Source: Pocillopora damicornis
Taxonomy: Eukaryota
Direction of reading: 5' to 3'
DNA: 64,000 nucleotides
Assembly: GCF_003704095.1 (NCBI RefSeq)
Contig: NW_020846475.1
Span: 310,001-374,000, forward strand
Shown here: positions 62,911-64,000 of the stretch, piece by piece
Layout of the letters: each line of letters opens with the position of its first letter
Position numbering within the stretch: position 1 is the first letter of the stretch
Position numbers and translations under genes: made by a program
Notes under the pieces: generated by a model
Told to the model about the DNA's origin: nothing
What the model saw: the letters and a program-made list of their open reading frames with translations, nothing else
Database searches by the model: none

Positions 62911-63260
62911 TTGTGAAAAAAAAATTCTTTGTCGGTATGACGCTGCGTTATGTCTCGGCCAAGTGACTCATCGGATACTTCTCATAAACTTTAAGCGAAG
63001 TCGTCGAGTATCGCGCTCAAAGTCCCGTTCGCAAAGTCAAGAAGTTAGCAGTCTGGCCCTCTATCGCAGAATGATTCCCAACTGAACATTGACGGGTTAT
63101 GACGGGTTATGACATATACGACGAAAAATTGTCAAATACTAATGAAAAAATTTTTTGTACGATGCTCGAAAAGTTCGCTTGTAATTTACGAAACGTATCT
63201 GATGAGTCTCTCGGCCGAGACGAAACGCTGCGTCATACCAGCCACGATATTTTTTCACAA
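62911..63260. mobile_element. Foldback element with ~115-120 bp imperfect arms, each containing a hammerhead copy
   Basis: The left arm (62911-~63030) matches the reverse complement of the right arm (~63150-63260), e.g. ggtatgacgctgcgttatgtctcggccaagtgactcatcggatac versus ggtatgacgcagcgtttcgtctcggccgagagactcatcagatac. Confidence 0.8.
63195..63238 (+). ncRNA. Type I hammerhead ribozyme motif
   Basis: GTAT (stem I) - CTGATGA - GTCTC/TCGGCC/GAGAC (stem II) - GAAA - CG/CTG/CG (stem III) - TC^ - ATAC (stem I'). All conserved core nucleotides are present. Confidence 0.85.
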
Positions 63261-64000
63261 ATATCTTGCAACTTTTTACTTTAAATAAATTTGTTTCCAC
63301 TTTTTTTAACGGTATTAGGCATTCACTTAAAATAAAATGTCCCCAAAACTATTCAGACTGATCGAATCATAATTGTTTTAGATTGAGATATTAAGACAAA
63401 ATGTTTACATTTTAAAATTGTTACAAGTAGATTCCATTTTGTCCTGCGACTGTTGAGCAATGAGTCACAGATGAAATCCAAATCCTTTTGGTAAGGAGAA
63501 AAATTGTCAACAAACCACAGGCGGGTGAAACGGTCGTGGAACTGTGATTGAATTAGGCCAAATTTTTTATTTTTGTATGTTTTTAGTAAATCTCAGAACT
63601 CTAAAAGTATATGTTTCCTAAAATAAGATGGTAAGATGTACAAAAGCAATTATATATGGATGGAGAAGAGATATCCTTCTATTAATTACTGGTTGAATTT
63701 CAGTTTCCTGTCGGTCTTTCGATGTTCTAAAGCTCTTTTGTGCAAACAACTGGAAAAGTTAATTAGAGGTTGTGTGATTAACACACACACACACACAACC
63801 ACACTTGGGTCACCTTTTGCGGTAACAACAAGTTCTCATTAAGGCGTTCCTTACTGTAAGTGATACGTTAGCGATAAAATACCCTTGGAAGCATCCTTGC
63901 TTCGGTTGAGGAGAGATATGCTGGTGAAATGTGCGATTAACGTACCTCTAAGGGCTTTCATTTTAAACTGTTCCATCCCGTAAGCAAGTTCAAGAGTTTC

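Overview
AT-rich, intron-rich eukaryotic DNA. The repeat content suggests a scleractinian coral or other cnidarian (inference). There are three N-gaps. Genes reconstructed by hand from splice sites: (1) the 5' part of an axonemal outer-arm dynein heavy chain (DNAH5/8-like, minus strand, runs off the left edge); (2) a 572-aa two-exon protein with a LeuA/homocitrate-synthase-like DRE-TIM barrel and C-terminal EF-hands (minus); (3) CHMP2B (minus), with LINE, Penelope and hAT relics in its introns; (4) an intronless PPxY/Cys-rich protein (plus); (5) a small NDUFB4-like complex I subunit missed by the ORF track (plus); (6) CEP126/KIAA1377-like (plus), whose first intron looks U12-type; (7) an ARA70/TRIM-coiled-coil-like acidic protein (plus); (8) TMEM39 (minus); (9) an intronless orphan class A GPCR (minus). 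Many MITEs and SINE fragments are present. The most notable observations are the probably Ca2+-regulated DRE-TIM enzyme with duplicated candidate first exons, and foldback elements carrying hammerhead ribozyme motifs, including an intact type I core at 63195-63238. All family assignments come from recalled motifs, not from database searches.
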